From NCBI GenBank assembly GCA_965215885.1, contig CBDCEW010000038.1, positions 1 through 64,000 on the forward strand: a stretch of DNA of 64,000 nt, given 5' to 3'. The notes under the pieces are model-generated. The model saw only the letters and a list, made by a program, of their open reading frames with translations, did not search any database and was not told the DNA's origin. This document shows positions 20,561 to 30,220 of this stretch, piece after piece. A program made the position numbers and the translations under genes. The DNA is from Candidatus Moanibacter sp. (GTDB lineage: Bacteria > Verrucomicrobiota > Verrucomicrobiia > Opitutales > UBA2987). How positions within the stretch are numbered: the stretch's first letter is position 1; every line of letters starts with the position of its first letter.

Positions 20561-21887
20561 CAGTACTGTCCGGTTATAAGTCAAACAACTCCAACTGTTT
20601 AGGAATGCGGTGTTCATTGAAAGTGTAATCGGTTTCTGTAAGTAGTTCAGTCATAGGAGTTTTCTCAAATAGGGTGAAGCTGAGAATCTGTAGGATTTTG
20701 TGCAAACTGATCTCCAGGCGAAGGCGTTTGCGGATGATGGCGATGAGCACATAGACGCTGACGGCAATCCAGATTTGAGTCTTCACAGCATTCTCGGAGG
20801 TGCCGAAAAAGCTCTTGATGCGCAAGTGCTGTTTGATCCATTTGAAGAACAATTCGATCTGCCAGCGTAAACGGTAAATCTGGGTGATGATTATGGCTGG
20901 GAGGGCAAACTGGTTGGTGAGAAACACGAAGCGCTCGGAACTGTCGGGGTCGAGGTAAGTGATACGCCGGAGTCTTTCGGGGTAGGCCTTGGCAGGATAG
21001 AAGCTGACCAGGGCAACGGTCTGGTCCGAACGCAGACCGGTTGATTTGTCGACCTTTTGAGAGTAGAGGCGGCGAAACTGAAAGCCGCGGCGGGCGCGTG
21101 TGACGAAGAAAGAACCGCATTGTGCGATCCGATAGAGGCGCTCGTAATGCAGATAGGCTCGGTCCATTACATAGTAAGCACCGGCCTCGGGGATGATGAG
21201 ATCCAGAATGTTTACGTCGTGAACTTTTCCATCGGTAATCTCGATAAAATAAGGGATAGAGCCTCTGAGATCGAGAAGCGTATGGACCTTCACCGCCCCC
21301 TTGTGCTTGCGGAAACGTGCCCACGGGAAGAGTGATAGACATAGATCGATCGTGGTGGAGTCCAGAGCGTAGAGCGTATTGTCCAGGTCGATGCCCAGAT
21401 CCTCGTTTGAATACAAAGGACGAGCCATTGCGATGAGGACCTGTGCAAAGTCGGCGTAGATGCGCCAGTCTCGTTTCTCGTTGGCATCGGCGAGCGTGCT
21501 TTTGGATACTCCGCTTCGAATCCCTGCGTGGTATAGTTTTGGTTGTACTGCCCGCAGGCAGGTTTCGATGTCGCGCATGGTGCCTGACTCTCCCGGTAGG
21601 TCAACTCGGCAAAACCCATGCAGAGAAATTGTTCGAAGCAACTGAACTTTTGAACTTTGTAGGCGCCTCCGTAGCGTTGGACGCAACGATGGAACTGATG
21701 GCGCGGAAGATAATCTATGATTTGAGAAAAAACGAATCGACCTGTATACATGATTTGGACCCTCGAAATTTTTGAGAGTCCACAAGGCTTTTTGCAATTT
21801 CAAGTCGAAAACAGCAGAAATCATATGTAAAATGTTGGTTATCAATCGATTAACCTGCGTTCCTAGAAAAACAACCGGACAGTAGTG
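20561..21887 (-). mobile_element. IS4-family element (DUF4372-type), copy 1
   Basis: TIR cagtactgtccggtt / aaccggacagtagtg; near-identical inverted copy at 36572-37890; no TSD. Confidence 0.92.
20574..21751 (-). pseudogene. IS4 transposase frameshifted by an 8-bp insertion (21578-21585)
   Basis: Matches 36708-37877 apart from a few SNPs and the extra TGGTGCCT. Confidence 0.9.
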
Positions 21888-22410
21888 AGATTACGATTAT
21901 GATTACGACGGGCAGGTTCATCAGCTTCCAGCTCTCCCCTTCTCCGTGTTCCCGTGTCTCCGCGTCTCTCCAATTCTCTCTCCCTATCGTGACTCTCAAT
22001 CGTGATCTCCTGTCGATCTTCTTTTCTTTCGATTATATAGATTACGATTATGATTACGACAGAGGATCTAACGGTTCTTTCCCCTCTCCCTGATCACCGG
22101 AAGATCTCTTTTCCGACTCTAGATTACGATTCTCATTACCTTAATCGTGATCTAACGCGTCTCTCCAATTCTCTCTCCCTATCGTCTCTCAATCGTGATC
22201 TCCTGTCGATCTTCTATAGATTACGATTATGATTACGACAGAGGATCTAACGATCGTGACTTCAATCGTGATCTCCCATTCTTTCGACTTTAGATTACGA
22301 TTATGATTACGACGGAAGATCTAACGGGTTTCCCCTCCTCCCTATCGTGCTTCTCAATCGTGATCTCCTGTCGATCGTCTCCTCTTCCGACTTTGGATTA
22401 TTATGATGAG
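21888..22410. repeat. Mosaic repeat tract built from AGATTACGATTATGATTACGAC and AATCGTGATCTC units
   Basis: Four full copies of the 22-mer plus partial ones, interleaved with semi-complementary AATCGTGATCT units. Confidence 0.85.
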
Positions 22411-22459
22411 GTAGCCGGACGCGCAAGCGTTCGGTCTTCCCGTCGAGTTCCGGCTACGA

Positions 22460-22820
22460 TCACGATCGGTCAATCTGTTCGCTCCAGTCTTCAATTCGAA
22501 GATCCGGAACTCGCTGGAATTCTCTAGCCCGGACATTTCACACACTTCGTAGCGAGACTGCGTAGGTTGCTGCGTATCAGTGCCTTTCCGCAGCACGGCG
22601 GGCGATCCCGGCACGCCGGGATTGGAACCCACTGAGGTCGCCGGGCAAGGGAAGGCTTTGAGACGCAGTGACATCCGCGGTCGTAGCAGAAGATTTGTGA
22701 AATGTTCGGGCTAGTATTATTGGTCACGACGGTAGAATCCAGGGAAAGGGCGTGCGCGGCAATCATTGTGTCCATAGATCCGATGGAAATTCCTTCACAC
22801 TCGAGTTTCATCTTATTCGT
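22460..22820 (-). pseudogene. vapC: VapC (PIN) toxin remnant split by a MITE-A insertion
   Basis: Removing the MITE and one CTAG restores IGSMDTMIAAHALSLDSTVVTNNTREFQRVPDLRIEDWS; N-terminal part missing. Confidence 0.85.
22524..22714. mobile_element. MITE-A non-autonomous element with CTAG target duplication
   Basis: ctagcccggacatttcaca / tgtgaaatgttcgggctag; inserted in vapC. Confidence 0.88.
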
Positions 22821-23088
22821 AATGGATAAACTCTGGCGATTTGGTTGAAATCTCGGTCCTTGTGAAGGACTTCCAGATCGTGCTCCAAGGCAAGCGCATC
22901 TCCCGCATTTCATTCAGATCGCCCTCCCAGCGTACCTTGCCTTCATGACGAAGCATGTCCTTCTGGCGACCGCGCCTCACCAGATCTCTTAACGCTCGAT
23001 CGATCAAGGCCTTCTGAGTCTTAAGGCCGGTCATTTCCAAGCCCTCATTTATAAGTTTCTCATCAAGCACAACATTAGTTCTCTTCAT
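22813..23088 (-). CDS. vapB: VapB-family antitoxin (DUF2191-like), C-terminus probably altered by an adjacent deletion
   Basis: MKRTNVVLDEKLI...GLKT..ALIDRALRDLV...GKVRWEGDLNEMR. Confidence 0.8.
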   Translation of the reverse strand: MKRTNVVLDEKLINEGLEMTGLKTQKALIDRALRDLVRRGRQKDMLRHEGKVRWEGDLNEMREMRLPWSTIWKSFTRTEISTKSPEFIHYE

Positions 23089-23348
23089 ACACATAAATTG
23101 TAGGTTTTTTGTGTAATTGGTCAAGGGCATGTTGTCTTCCACCTTCTTGCGAAGGCGGCTACACAATGGCGACTATATTACGGAGGAAAGTCCCGGAATA
23201 AGCATGAACGCCTTTTGAACCAGCAACCTCAACTCATACAACCTTGTCAATTTCGATGTTCCTCACGGCACATGACACCAGTAACTTCCCTGTCCATGCG
23301 GGTTTCCGCGCGATAGGCTAACGAATTCTCCTTAAGGAAGACCCCTGA

Positions 23349-23422
23349 GTGGCACAGGCTTCCAGCCTGTCAGAGGTCGTGACAGAGATCCACGCTTTAC
23401 ACAGGCTGGAAGCCTGTGCCAC
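23349..23422. repeat. REP-like inverted pair GTGGCACAGGCTTCCAGCCTGT
   Basis: Same unit as 16991-17065. Confidence 0.85.
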
Positions 23423-23640
23423 TATGCTGTCAGAAGTTTCACACCCATTTGATCCGGCAAGGAACGCGCTGGGGCCCCACGGATCTGAAAATCATACAAT
23501 TTTGTTGGAAGAGACCAGTGCCGCCCGTGCGGAGGTATTCCACCTTCTCACGAAAGTGACTACGGAAAGGAAAAAGAGTAGCCGCGCTCGCAAGAGCATG
23601 GTAGGACTGCTGGATCATTGAACTGTTAACGTAGTACTGA

Positions 23641-24738
23641 ATGAAAGGCACCCAGACAAACAGAGATAAAATCTGGCATACATGCCCCCAGGCCGGTGAC
23701 TACGGCGAACCAAAGTTGGCGGTGGAACCACCGCTAAATCCGCGTTTTGCGCACCTCGCCTGGCCCCGAATGGTGCGAACGCAGGAGGGTATCATCATTG
23801 CCTCCTACATCGCGGCACGGTTTCACGGTTCAGGCGGCGAAGGCAGTCCCGCAATCTCCATCTCCGAGGATTGTGGAGAAACTCTCACACCGCCGCACAT
23901 CGTCCATGAATTCGGGGCACATGACCAGTATACGCACAGCGGGAATACGGCTCTCGGAATCGCCGGTGACGGTGCCATCGTACTTCTGGCCATGGCCTTC
24001 CGAGGCAACGAAGCCCACACTATCCTCGGCTGGAGATCCGAAAATGAGGGAGCAACCTGGATTCCTGTGGACACTTCCAACTTGGCTGATGATCGAAGTG
24101 GATCGGTCTATGGCAACATCCTGTCCCTCCCGGATGATCGCCTCCTGGTTTTCGGTCACTTTCGCAGCCCAAGATCCGAGAATGGGATCTGGGTGGCCAC
24201 TTCCGACGACAATGGCAGTTCCTGGAGCGGCCCAAGGCAAATCGCCGATGCCGAACTCGTGGAACCGGCCGCCACATTTACGGAAGGACGCATAGTCGCA
24301 CTATACCGCGAAAGTAATAAGCCTCTCCACAGTCGCACCTGGCAGGCTGTCTCGGACGATCTTGGTCGGACTTGGGACATCAAGCAGGACGCCATCGTGA
24401 GTTCCGAACCGGGGAAATACCGGCTTCCCTCACCATTTGTCACTTCTGACCCGCCCAGGCCTTCCCTCCTTTATTCACTGGTTACTGAGCGTCGTGTGCC
24501 TGGGAGCACTCCGGGCACGATCAGTCTATGGACCGCTGACCTGCATGAACTGGACTGGAAAAAGATCGGCTTGATTACCACGCTACCGAGCGATGAGGAG
24601 AATCTCAACCGGGATTTCGGATATCCCTGGATGGTGCCGCTCGGCGGCGACAGGTGGTTTCTGCTATTTTATTTCGGCGAGAGCGCCGGGCCCTGCGCGC
24701 TATGGTCGCTGGAGTTGAAAATTGATCACGGAAAATAG
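23641..24738 (+). CDS. BNR/Asp-box sialidase-fold protein (paralog of 52335-53423)
   Basis: SEDCGETL, SENEGATW, SDDNGSSW, SDDLGRTW Asp-boxes; DFGYP near the C-terminus. Confidence 0.85.
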   Translation: MKGTQTNRDKIWHTCPQAGDYGEPKLAVEPPLNPRFAHLAWPRMVRTQEGIIIASYIAARFHGSGGEGSPAISISEDCGETLTPPHIVHEFGAHDQYTHSGNTALGIAGDGAIVLLAMAFRGNEAHTILGWRSENEGATWIPVDTSNLADDRSGSVYGNILSLPDDRLLVFGHFRSPRSENGIWVATSDDNGSSWSGPRQIADAELVEPAATFTEGRIVALYRESNKPLHSRTWQAVSDDLGRTWDIKQDAIVSSEPGKYRLPSPFVTSDPPRPSLLYSLVTERRVPGSTPGTISLWTADLHELDWKKIGLITTLPSDEENLNRDFGYPWMVPLGGDRWFLLFYFGESAGPCALWSLELKIDHGK

Positions 24739-24890
24739 GGCACCCCTTATTTGACTCTGCCATGGATGACCCAGTATTCTCATCTACATCAAAACAGCCG
24801 CCTAACTAGAGGCTGTTCGAAAAGGGTAAACGGCCTCTAACTAGCCGTAACTGATAGGTTTGGAAGGAGAAGAACAAGAAGAAGAAGGAG

Positions 24891-26354
24891 ATGAAGATTG
24901 TGAACGAGCGACCGAATATTGTTTTCATCACTACCGACACGCAGGGCAGAAACATGGTCTCTTCCTATGTGGACCGGCCGGGGGTAGAGACTCCCAACAT
25001 TGACCGCTTGGCGTCCGAGGGCGTGCTTTTCGAGAACGCATTTGTAGCCTGCCCGCTCTGCACCCCCTCCCGGGGCGCATGGTACTCGGGGTTATATCCC
25101 AATCGCAACGGAGCCATATGTAACGAAACTTCGGTGCAGCGCAAGCATCCCCTGCTGGCCGAACTGGTAAAGGAAGCCGGCTATACCTGCGCTCACTACG
25201 GAAAATGGCACCTCGATGCTGCGGGTTACGACGGCGGAGGACATCCAGACGGCGGTTTTGATTCCTGTTACGACGTGACGAATTTCAATGACGAGGTCGG
25301 ACGAGGAGGCGTCAACCGGTTTGGAGGTTGGAACAAGGGTCTTCACGACGAAAACTACTGCTTTGCCCATCGAGTGGCGGATAGGGCGATCCGACGAATG
25401 CGGGAGCATGATTACGGGATGCAACCGTTACTGCTGGCGGTCGAGTTCGACGAGCCGCACGGGCCTTACATCTGCCCTCCGCCATTCAATGGGAGATTCA
25501 AGCAAGATGAAATATATATCCCGCCAACCTTCCGGTCAGACATGTCGAAGAAACCGCGGCTGCAACAGGAGTATTCCGCCTACCTCGAAGCCACCCGGCC
25601 AACTGCCGACACCTACACCGGTTATTACCACCGATATTATGACTGCAATTCGTATGTCGACTACGAGATCGGGCGGGTGCTGGATGCGGTGAGAGCGCAC
25701 ATGCCTGAGAATACGCTGTTGATCTACACCTCGGACCACGGGGATCACCTTGGCGCCTTCGGGCTGAATCCCAAAGGGCCCACCATGTATGATGCCACCA
25801 CCGCCGTTCCGCTCATCATTACGGGAGCCGGGGTGCAGAACACAGGTCGTCGTGTCGATGACCTGATCATTTCCGTGGATATCTGGCAGTCGATTCTGTC
25901 GGTAGCAGGTGCGGAACTGCCGGAAGACCCTGGTTACATCGGGCGGTCCCTGCAACCCGCTCTCGCAGACAATTCGTTAGGACCACGCGAAGCGGTGTTC
26001 ATGGAGTACAACCGCTTTGGCCTGGGCGGTCTTGGAGCAGACGGATTTTACCCCATTCGCTGTGCTCGTACCCAAGAGTGGAAACTGAGCATCAATCTAT
26101 TCGACAAGGACGAACTCTACCATCTCAGCGATGACCCGGAGGAGGCGGACAACCGCATCGACGATCCCGCGTGCGCCGATATTCGCAACCATCTGCACGA
26201 CCTGATCCTCGAGCACATGGACACGACCAAGGACACCTTTTATAATCCGGCCTGGGGACGCCGGCCCTGGCGGTCGGATTACCGGCACGAATTCCAAGGC
26301 TTCACTACCACCGGCTTCAAGGATCAATGGGAGTTTGGCCGGTTGGATGATTGA
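24891..26354 (+). CDS. Cys-type formylglycine sulfatase, YidJ-like
   Basis: PNIVFITTDTQ, CTPSRG, GKWHL, DEPH, SDHGD, EYNRF and RPWR resemble E. coli YidJ. Confidence 0.9.
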   Translation: MKIVNERPNIVFITTDTQGRNMVSSYVDRPGVETPNIDRLASEGVLFENAFVACPLCTPSRGAWYSGLYPNRNGAICNETSVQRKHPLLAELVKEAGYTCAHYGKWHLDAAGYDGGGHPDGGFDSCYDVTNFNDEVGRGGVNRFGGWNKGLHDENYCFAHRVADRAIRRMREHDYGMQPLLLAVEFDEPHGPYICPPPFNGRFKQDEIYIPPTFRSDMSKKPRLQQEYSAYLEATRPTADTYTGYYHRYYDCNSYVDYEIGRVLDAVRAHMPENTLLIYTSDHGDHLGAFGLNPKGPTMYDATTAVPLIITGAGVQNTGRRVDDLIISVDIWQSILSVAGAELPEDPGYIGRSLQPALADNSLGPREAVFMEYNRFGLGGLGADGFYPIRCARTQEWKLSINLFDKDELYHLSDDPEEADNRIDDPACADIRNHLHDLILEHMDTTKDTFYNPAWGRRPWRSDYRHEFQGFTTTGFKDQWEFGRLDD

Positions 26355-26429
26355 GCCTTATGTCTGGGAGGTTTCAATGGCACGCGACCCATGACGCATC
26401 ACAAACACACATCTCGGGACAAGATCTGC

Positions 26430-28097
26430 ATGAAAGAGCTGAGCTGTGATGTGGCCGTCATTGGGGGAAGCCTTGGAGGAGTCGCCGCCGCCCTGGCGGC
26501 TGCGCGCCTCGGCAAGAACGTAATCCTCACAGAGGAAACGGAATGGATCGGCGGCCAGGCAACGACCCAAGGAGTTCCGCTGGACGAGCACCCCTGGATT
26601 GAGTCGTATGGGCGGACATTATCCTACCACACGTTCCGCCAGGAGATTCGGGAATATTACCGGCGCAATTATCCCCTCACGCCAGAGGCCCGTTCTGATC
26701 CTTTTCTGAATCCGGGGGCAGCTTGGGTGACGGCGCTGGGATATGAACCACGAGTCGGGCTGGCGGTGTTGTATGAGATGCTGGCGCCTTACCTGTCCGC
26801 CGGAAGTGTTAGGATCCTGACCCGACATCGTCCGGTGGCCGTATCGGTGGAGGGGGACCGAATCGAAGCAGTGACGGTAACCGACCAACGCGATGGCAGC
26901 GAAAGGACCGTTCACGCGACTTATTTCCTCGATGCGACAGAGCTCGGAAACCTCTTACCGATGGCGGGAGTTGAACACGTCATCGGAGCGGAATCGCAAA
27001 GTGAAACGGGCGAGCCCAATGCCTTGCCCGGCGAGGCCGACCCCATGGACCAGATGGGATTCACGCATGTCATTGCATTCGATTACCTGCCTGGGGAGGA
27101 CCATACGATTGGAGAACCTGAGGGTTATAACCCATGGCGAAATCCGCCTGGAGGGAGTTCAAAGTTCAATCTACCGGACCTCTTTGGCGTCGAGAGGGAT
27201 AATTTTGGCAGGCCTCCGCGGGTAGATGGTTATGTGGCGGCGACATGGAGCTTCCGCCGCATTCTGTTCAAAGGCAACTTCGCTGATGGGGTCTTTCCGA
27301 GCGACATCACGGTGGCGATTTGGGGCGGCAACGAATATCGCGAAGGCGTACTTCTCGGTGTTGCTGAAGACGAGCAGAAGCGTCACCTGGCGGCGGCGCG
27401 AAATCTCAGTCTAGGCCTTTTGTATTACCTGCAAACGGAAGCACCTGATCCTGCGACCGGCAGGGAAGGCTATCCGGGATTGCGGCCACGCGGAGATGTT
27501 TTCGGTAGCAGCGACGGCTGTGCGCAATATCCTTACATACGCGAGTCACGGCGAATCCAGGCGGAGTTCACGGTCCTGGAGCAACATTTCCGCCGCGACC
27601 TACCCGGACAGGAAGACGGACCCATGAAGTATTCGGACAGCGTGGGAGTGGGCGGCTACCGGGTCGATATTCACAAACCGGCGAAAAAGGGTGGTAAGGG
27701 CAGCATGACCGCCGCCAATCACGGGATGCACTGGCCCCAGCAGATTCCTCTTGGCGCGCTAATCCCCGTCCGCATGGAGAATCTACTGCCGGCCTGCAAG
27801 AACCTGGGTGTCACCAGCGTCACCAACGGCGCTTTCCGGCTTCATCCAGTGGAATGGAACATCGGTGAAGCGGCGGGGGCGTTGGCGGCCTTCTGTCTTA
27901 CCCGCAGTACCACACCACGGAGCGTGCGCAATACGCCGGTGGAACTCGAAGATTTTCAACGTTCACTTGTCAAACAGGGTTTGGAACTCGATTGGCCTCG
28001 CATGCAATTTGCCAGGTCCTATTACAGCCACTACGGCCAAGGCGAGGGCGCAGGTGACTGGTATTTTGGCGAAGCGTCGCGCAGGAGTCTGATCTGA
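26430..28097 (+). CDS. FAD-dependent oxidoreductase (FAD_oxidored type)
   Basis: DVAVIGGSLGG, WIGGQ, DATELG, PYIRESRRI, NGAFRLHPVEWNIGEAAG. Confidence 0.9.
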   Translation: MKELSCDVAVIGGSLGGVAAALAAARLGKNVILTEETEWIGGQATTQGVPLDEHPWIESYGRTLSYHTFRQEIREYYRRNYPLTPEARSDPFLNPGAAWVTALGYEPRVGLAVLYEMLAPYLSAGSVRILTRHRPVAVSVEGDRIEAVTVTDQRDGSERTVHATYFLDATELGNLLPMAGVEHVIGAESQSETGEPNALPGEADPMDQMGFTHVIAFDYLPGEDHTIGEPEGYNPWRNPPGGSSKFNLPDLFGVERDNFGRPPRVDGYVAATWSFRRILFKGNFADGVFPSDITVAIWGGNEYREGVLLGVAEDEQKRHLAAARNLSLGLLYYLQTEAPDPATGREGYPGLRPRGDVFGSSDGCAQYPYIRESRRIQAEFTVLEQHFRRDLPGQEDGPMKYSDSVGVGGYRVDIHKPAKKGGKGSMTAANHGMHWPQQIPLGALIPVRMENLLPACKNLGVTSVTNGAFRLHPVEWNIGEAAGALAAFCLTRSTTPRSVRNTPVELEDFQRSLVKQGLELDWPRMQFARSYYSHYGQGEGAGDWYFGEASRRSLI

Positions 28098-28228
28098 GTT
28101 GGGTTCGGAATCCAGGCTGAATTATGCAACTACGAATCGCGCGAATCTACGCGAATGAAAATGAAGAAGGCTGATCGAAATTGACATTTTAACGGAGGAG
28201 AGTTTAGGGTAGAATCAGGAGCCAAGAA

Positions 28229-29347
28229 ATGAAGCAAATACCAGGAATCGAAAAGCAGGTACTCGTCGCCTCGGACGAACTCTCGCCGAAGAACTCGGAA
28301 GGAAGTGCAATCACTCTCAAGGACGGACGCATTCTCTTCACATGGACACAGTTCTTCGACATCGAAAAAATGCCGGGCGAGAAGCGGCCACCTCATTCCG
28401 AACTGCGACGCTCGCCGCTGAGCGACGATGGCTACGCCGTGGTCAGCGGCATGATTTCGGATGACGATGGCAGGAATTGGTCGGAGCGCTTCACCGTGGC
28501 AGACGATCGCGATGCCTGCGTCAACACCATGTCGCCCTGCCTGACGCGCATGCAGGACGGACGCATTCTGCTCGCCTACAGTTGGCGCAATGGCGGTAAT
28601 CACCAGGACAATTACGGTCCCTGCACGAAACGGGTGCGCATCTCGGAGGACGAAGGAAAATCCTGGTCGGATCCGACCGCCATCACCTCTGACGAGTCTA
28701 GCTACCACACCGGCTGCCACGACCGTGCCTGGACGCTCCCCTCGGGGCGTGTGTTGGTGCAGTGCCACACCAATTCAAAGACCAATTTCTTTCAAGGACG
28801 GTCACGAAAGTCGGTCTACGTTGCGTATTCGGATGACAACGGGCGCTCGTGGAAGCATTCCAATGAGCTCACCGAAGGACGTTCCCAAGGGTTTAACGAG
28901 GGCTGCATTGCGCCCCGACCGGACGGTTCCCTGCTCATCGTGATGCGCAGCTGGCTTGGCCATTCGTTTCTTGCCACATCCACCGATGACGGCGCGACCT
29001 GGTCGGCGGCGCGGCCATCCGGAGTCATCACGCCGGACGCCCCGACCTACCTCTGTCGTCTACCGGACAGCGACACGTTGTTGATGGTCTGGAATTCGAA
29101 CTGGAATCCAGACTGCAGCCACGACGTGACGCGTTGTCCTTTGCTCTGCGCTGCCAGCGAAGATGGAGGCGCAAGCTGGGGTCTCCCCAAGGCGATCGAG
29201 ACCGATCCTGAACATGAGTGGGCCTACCCAGGGATTCTTTTTCACAAGGCTCACGCCCTGCTTCATTATTTCCGTTGTCCCCGGGAAAAACGCGGGCAAC
29301 GGGAAATGATCTTGGCGCGGATTCCCATCGAGTGGTTTACGGAATGA
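28229..29347 (+). CDS. BNR/Asp-box sialidase-fold protein
   Basis: Five Asp-boxes (SDDDGRNW, SEDEGKSW, SDDNGRSW, STDDGATW, SEDGGASW); WAYP. Confidence 0.87.
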   Translation: MKQIPGIEKQVLVASDELSPKNSEGSAITLKDGRILFTWTQFFDIEKMPGEKRPPHSELRRSPLSDDGYAVVSGMISDDDGRNWSERFTVADDRDACVNTMSPCLTRMQDGRILLAYSWRNGGNHQDNYGPCTKRVRISEDEGKSWSDPTAITSDESSYHTGCHDRAWTLPSGRVLVQCHTNSKTNFFQGRSRKSVYVAYSDDNGRSWKHSNELTEGRSQGFNEGCIAPRPDGSLLIVMRSWLGHSFLATSTDDGATWSAARPSGVITPDAPTYLCRLPDSDTLLMVWNSNWNPDCSHDVTRCPLLCAASEDGGASWGLPKAIETDPEHEWAYPGILFHKAHALLHYFRCPREKRGQREMILARIPIEWFTE

Positions 29348-29367
29348 GGGAGATGAATGCGGTTTCG

Positions 29368-30219
29368 TTACTCTTTCACTCCGCCTATTTGAATCCCGGC
29401 CACAATCTGTTTCTGCATGACAATGAAAAGTATCATGAGGGGCAGGATGTACATTACGGTTGAGGCCATTAGAAGCTCGATCTGTTGGCCGTACTCGTTC
29501 AGGAAGCTCAGGAGACCGATGGGCAGGGTCCGAAGATGATCATCCTTAATCATGACCAAGGGCCAGAAGAGACTCCCGAAGTTCGATAGAGAAGTGAATA
29601 TAGCCAAAGTAACGAGACCGGGTCGGGATAGGGGAAGAATGACATCGAAGAAGATGCGCAGGTGGCTGGCGCCGTCGATCTGTGCCGCTTCATCATAGGA
29701 AGGTGAAATCGTAAGCATAAACTGCCGGAGCAGGAATGTACCGAACGCGCTAAATGCATGAGGTAGAATCAGACCCGTGTAGGTGTTAACCAGACCTAAG
29801 GTCACCATGATCTGATAATTTGGCAGAATGAGGACAGGAAACGGGATCATCATGGTGGCCAGATAAAGCAGGAAAACCTGGTCCCGGCCCCGCCACTGAA
29901 TGCGGGAAAATGCATAGGCGGCAAGAGCGCTGGTCAGCACCTGTAGCGTCGTCACCCAGGATGCCACGAAAATGCTGTTCAAGTACCACCGGGGAAAATC
30001 CAGGTTCAATTTGCGGTCTGTGTAAGGGTCGGGCAGCAGGCGCAGGACGACGGCATAGTTAGTTGGCTGGGCTTGTTCCGGCAGCAGGTCGATGCGGTGA
30101 ATCTCGTCACGCGGTTTTAAACTCGCACCTAACATCCAAAGAAACGGAAAGAGCATCGTAACGGCAAAGAAGATCATGCCGAAATGCTTGAACAATGTCT
30201 TTATGTCTTCCCAAAGCAT
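29368..30219 (-). CDS. Carbohydrate ABC transporter permease (MalG-like)
   Basis: EAAQIDGA loop, AAYAF, LRQF, TLPIGL; multiple TM segments. Confidence 0.93.
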   Translation of the reverse strand: MLWEDIKTLFKHFGMIFFAVTMLFPFLWMLGASLKPRDEIHRIDLLPEQAQPTNYAVVLRLLPDPYTDRKLNLDFPRWYLNSIFVASWVTTLQVLTSALAAYAFSRIQWRGRDQVFLLYLATMMIPFPVLILPNYQIMVTLGLVNTYTGLILPHAFSAFGTFLLRQFMLTISPSYDEAAQIDGASHLRIFFDVILPLSRPGLVTLAIFTSLSNFGSLFWPLVMIKDDHLRTLPIGLLSFLNEYGQQIELLMASTVMYILPLMILFIVMQKQIVAGIQIGGVKE

Positions 30220-30220
30220 C

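Noticed and set aside
21888..22410. CRISPR array
   Set aside because: Spacing is irregular, the intervening sequences are reused and low-complexity rather than unique spacers, and no cas genes are present
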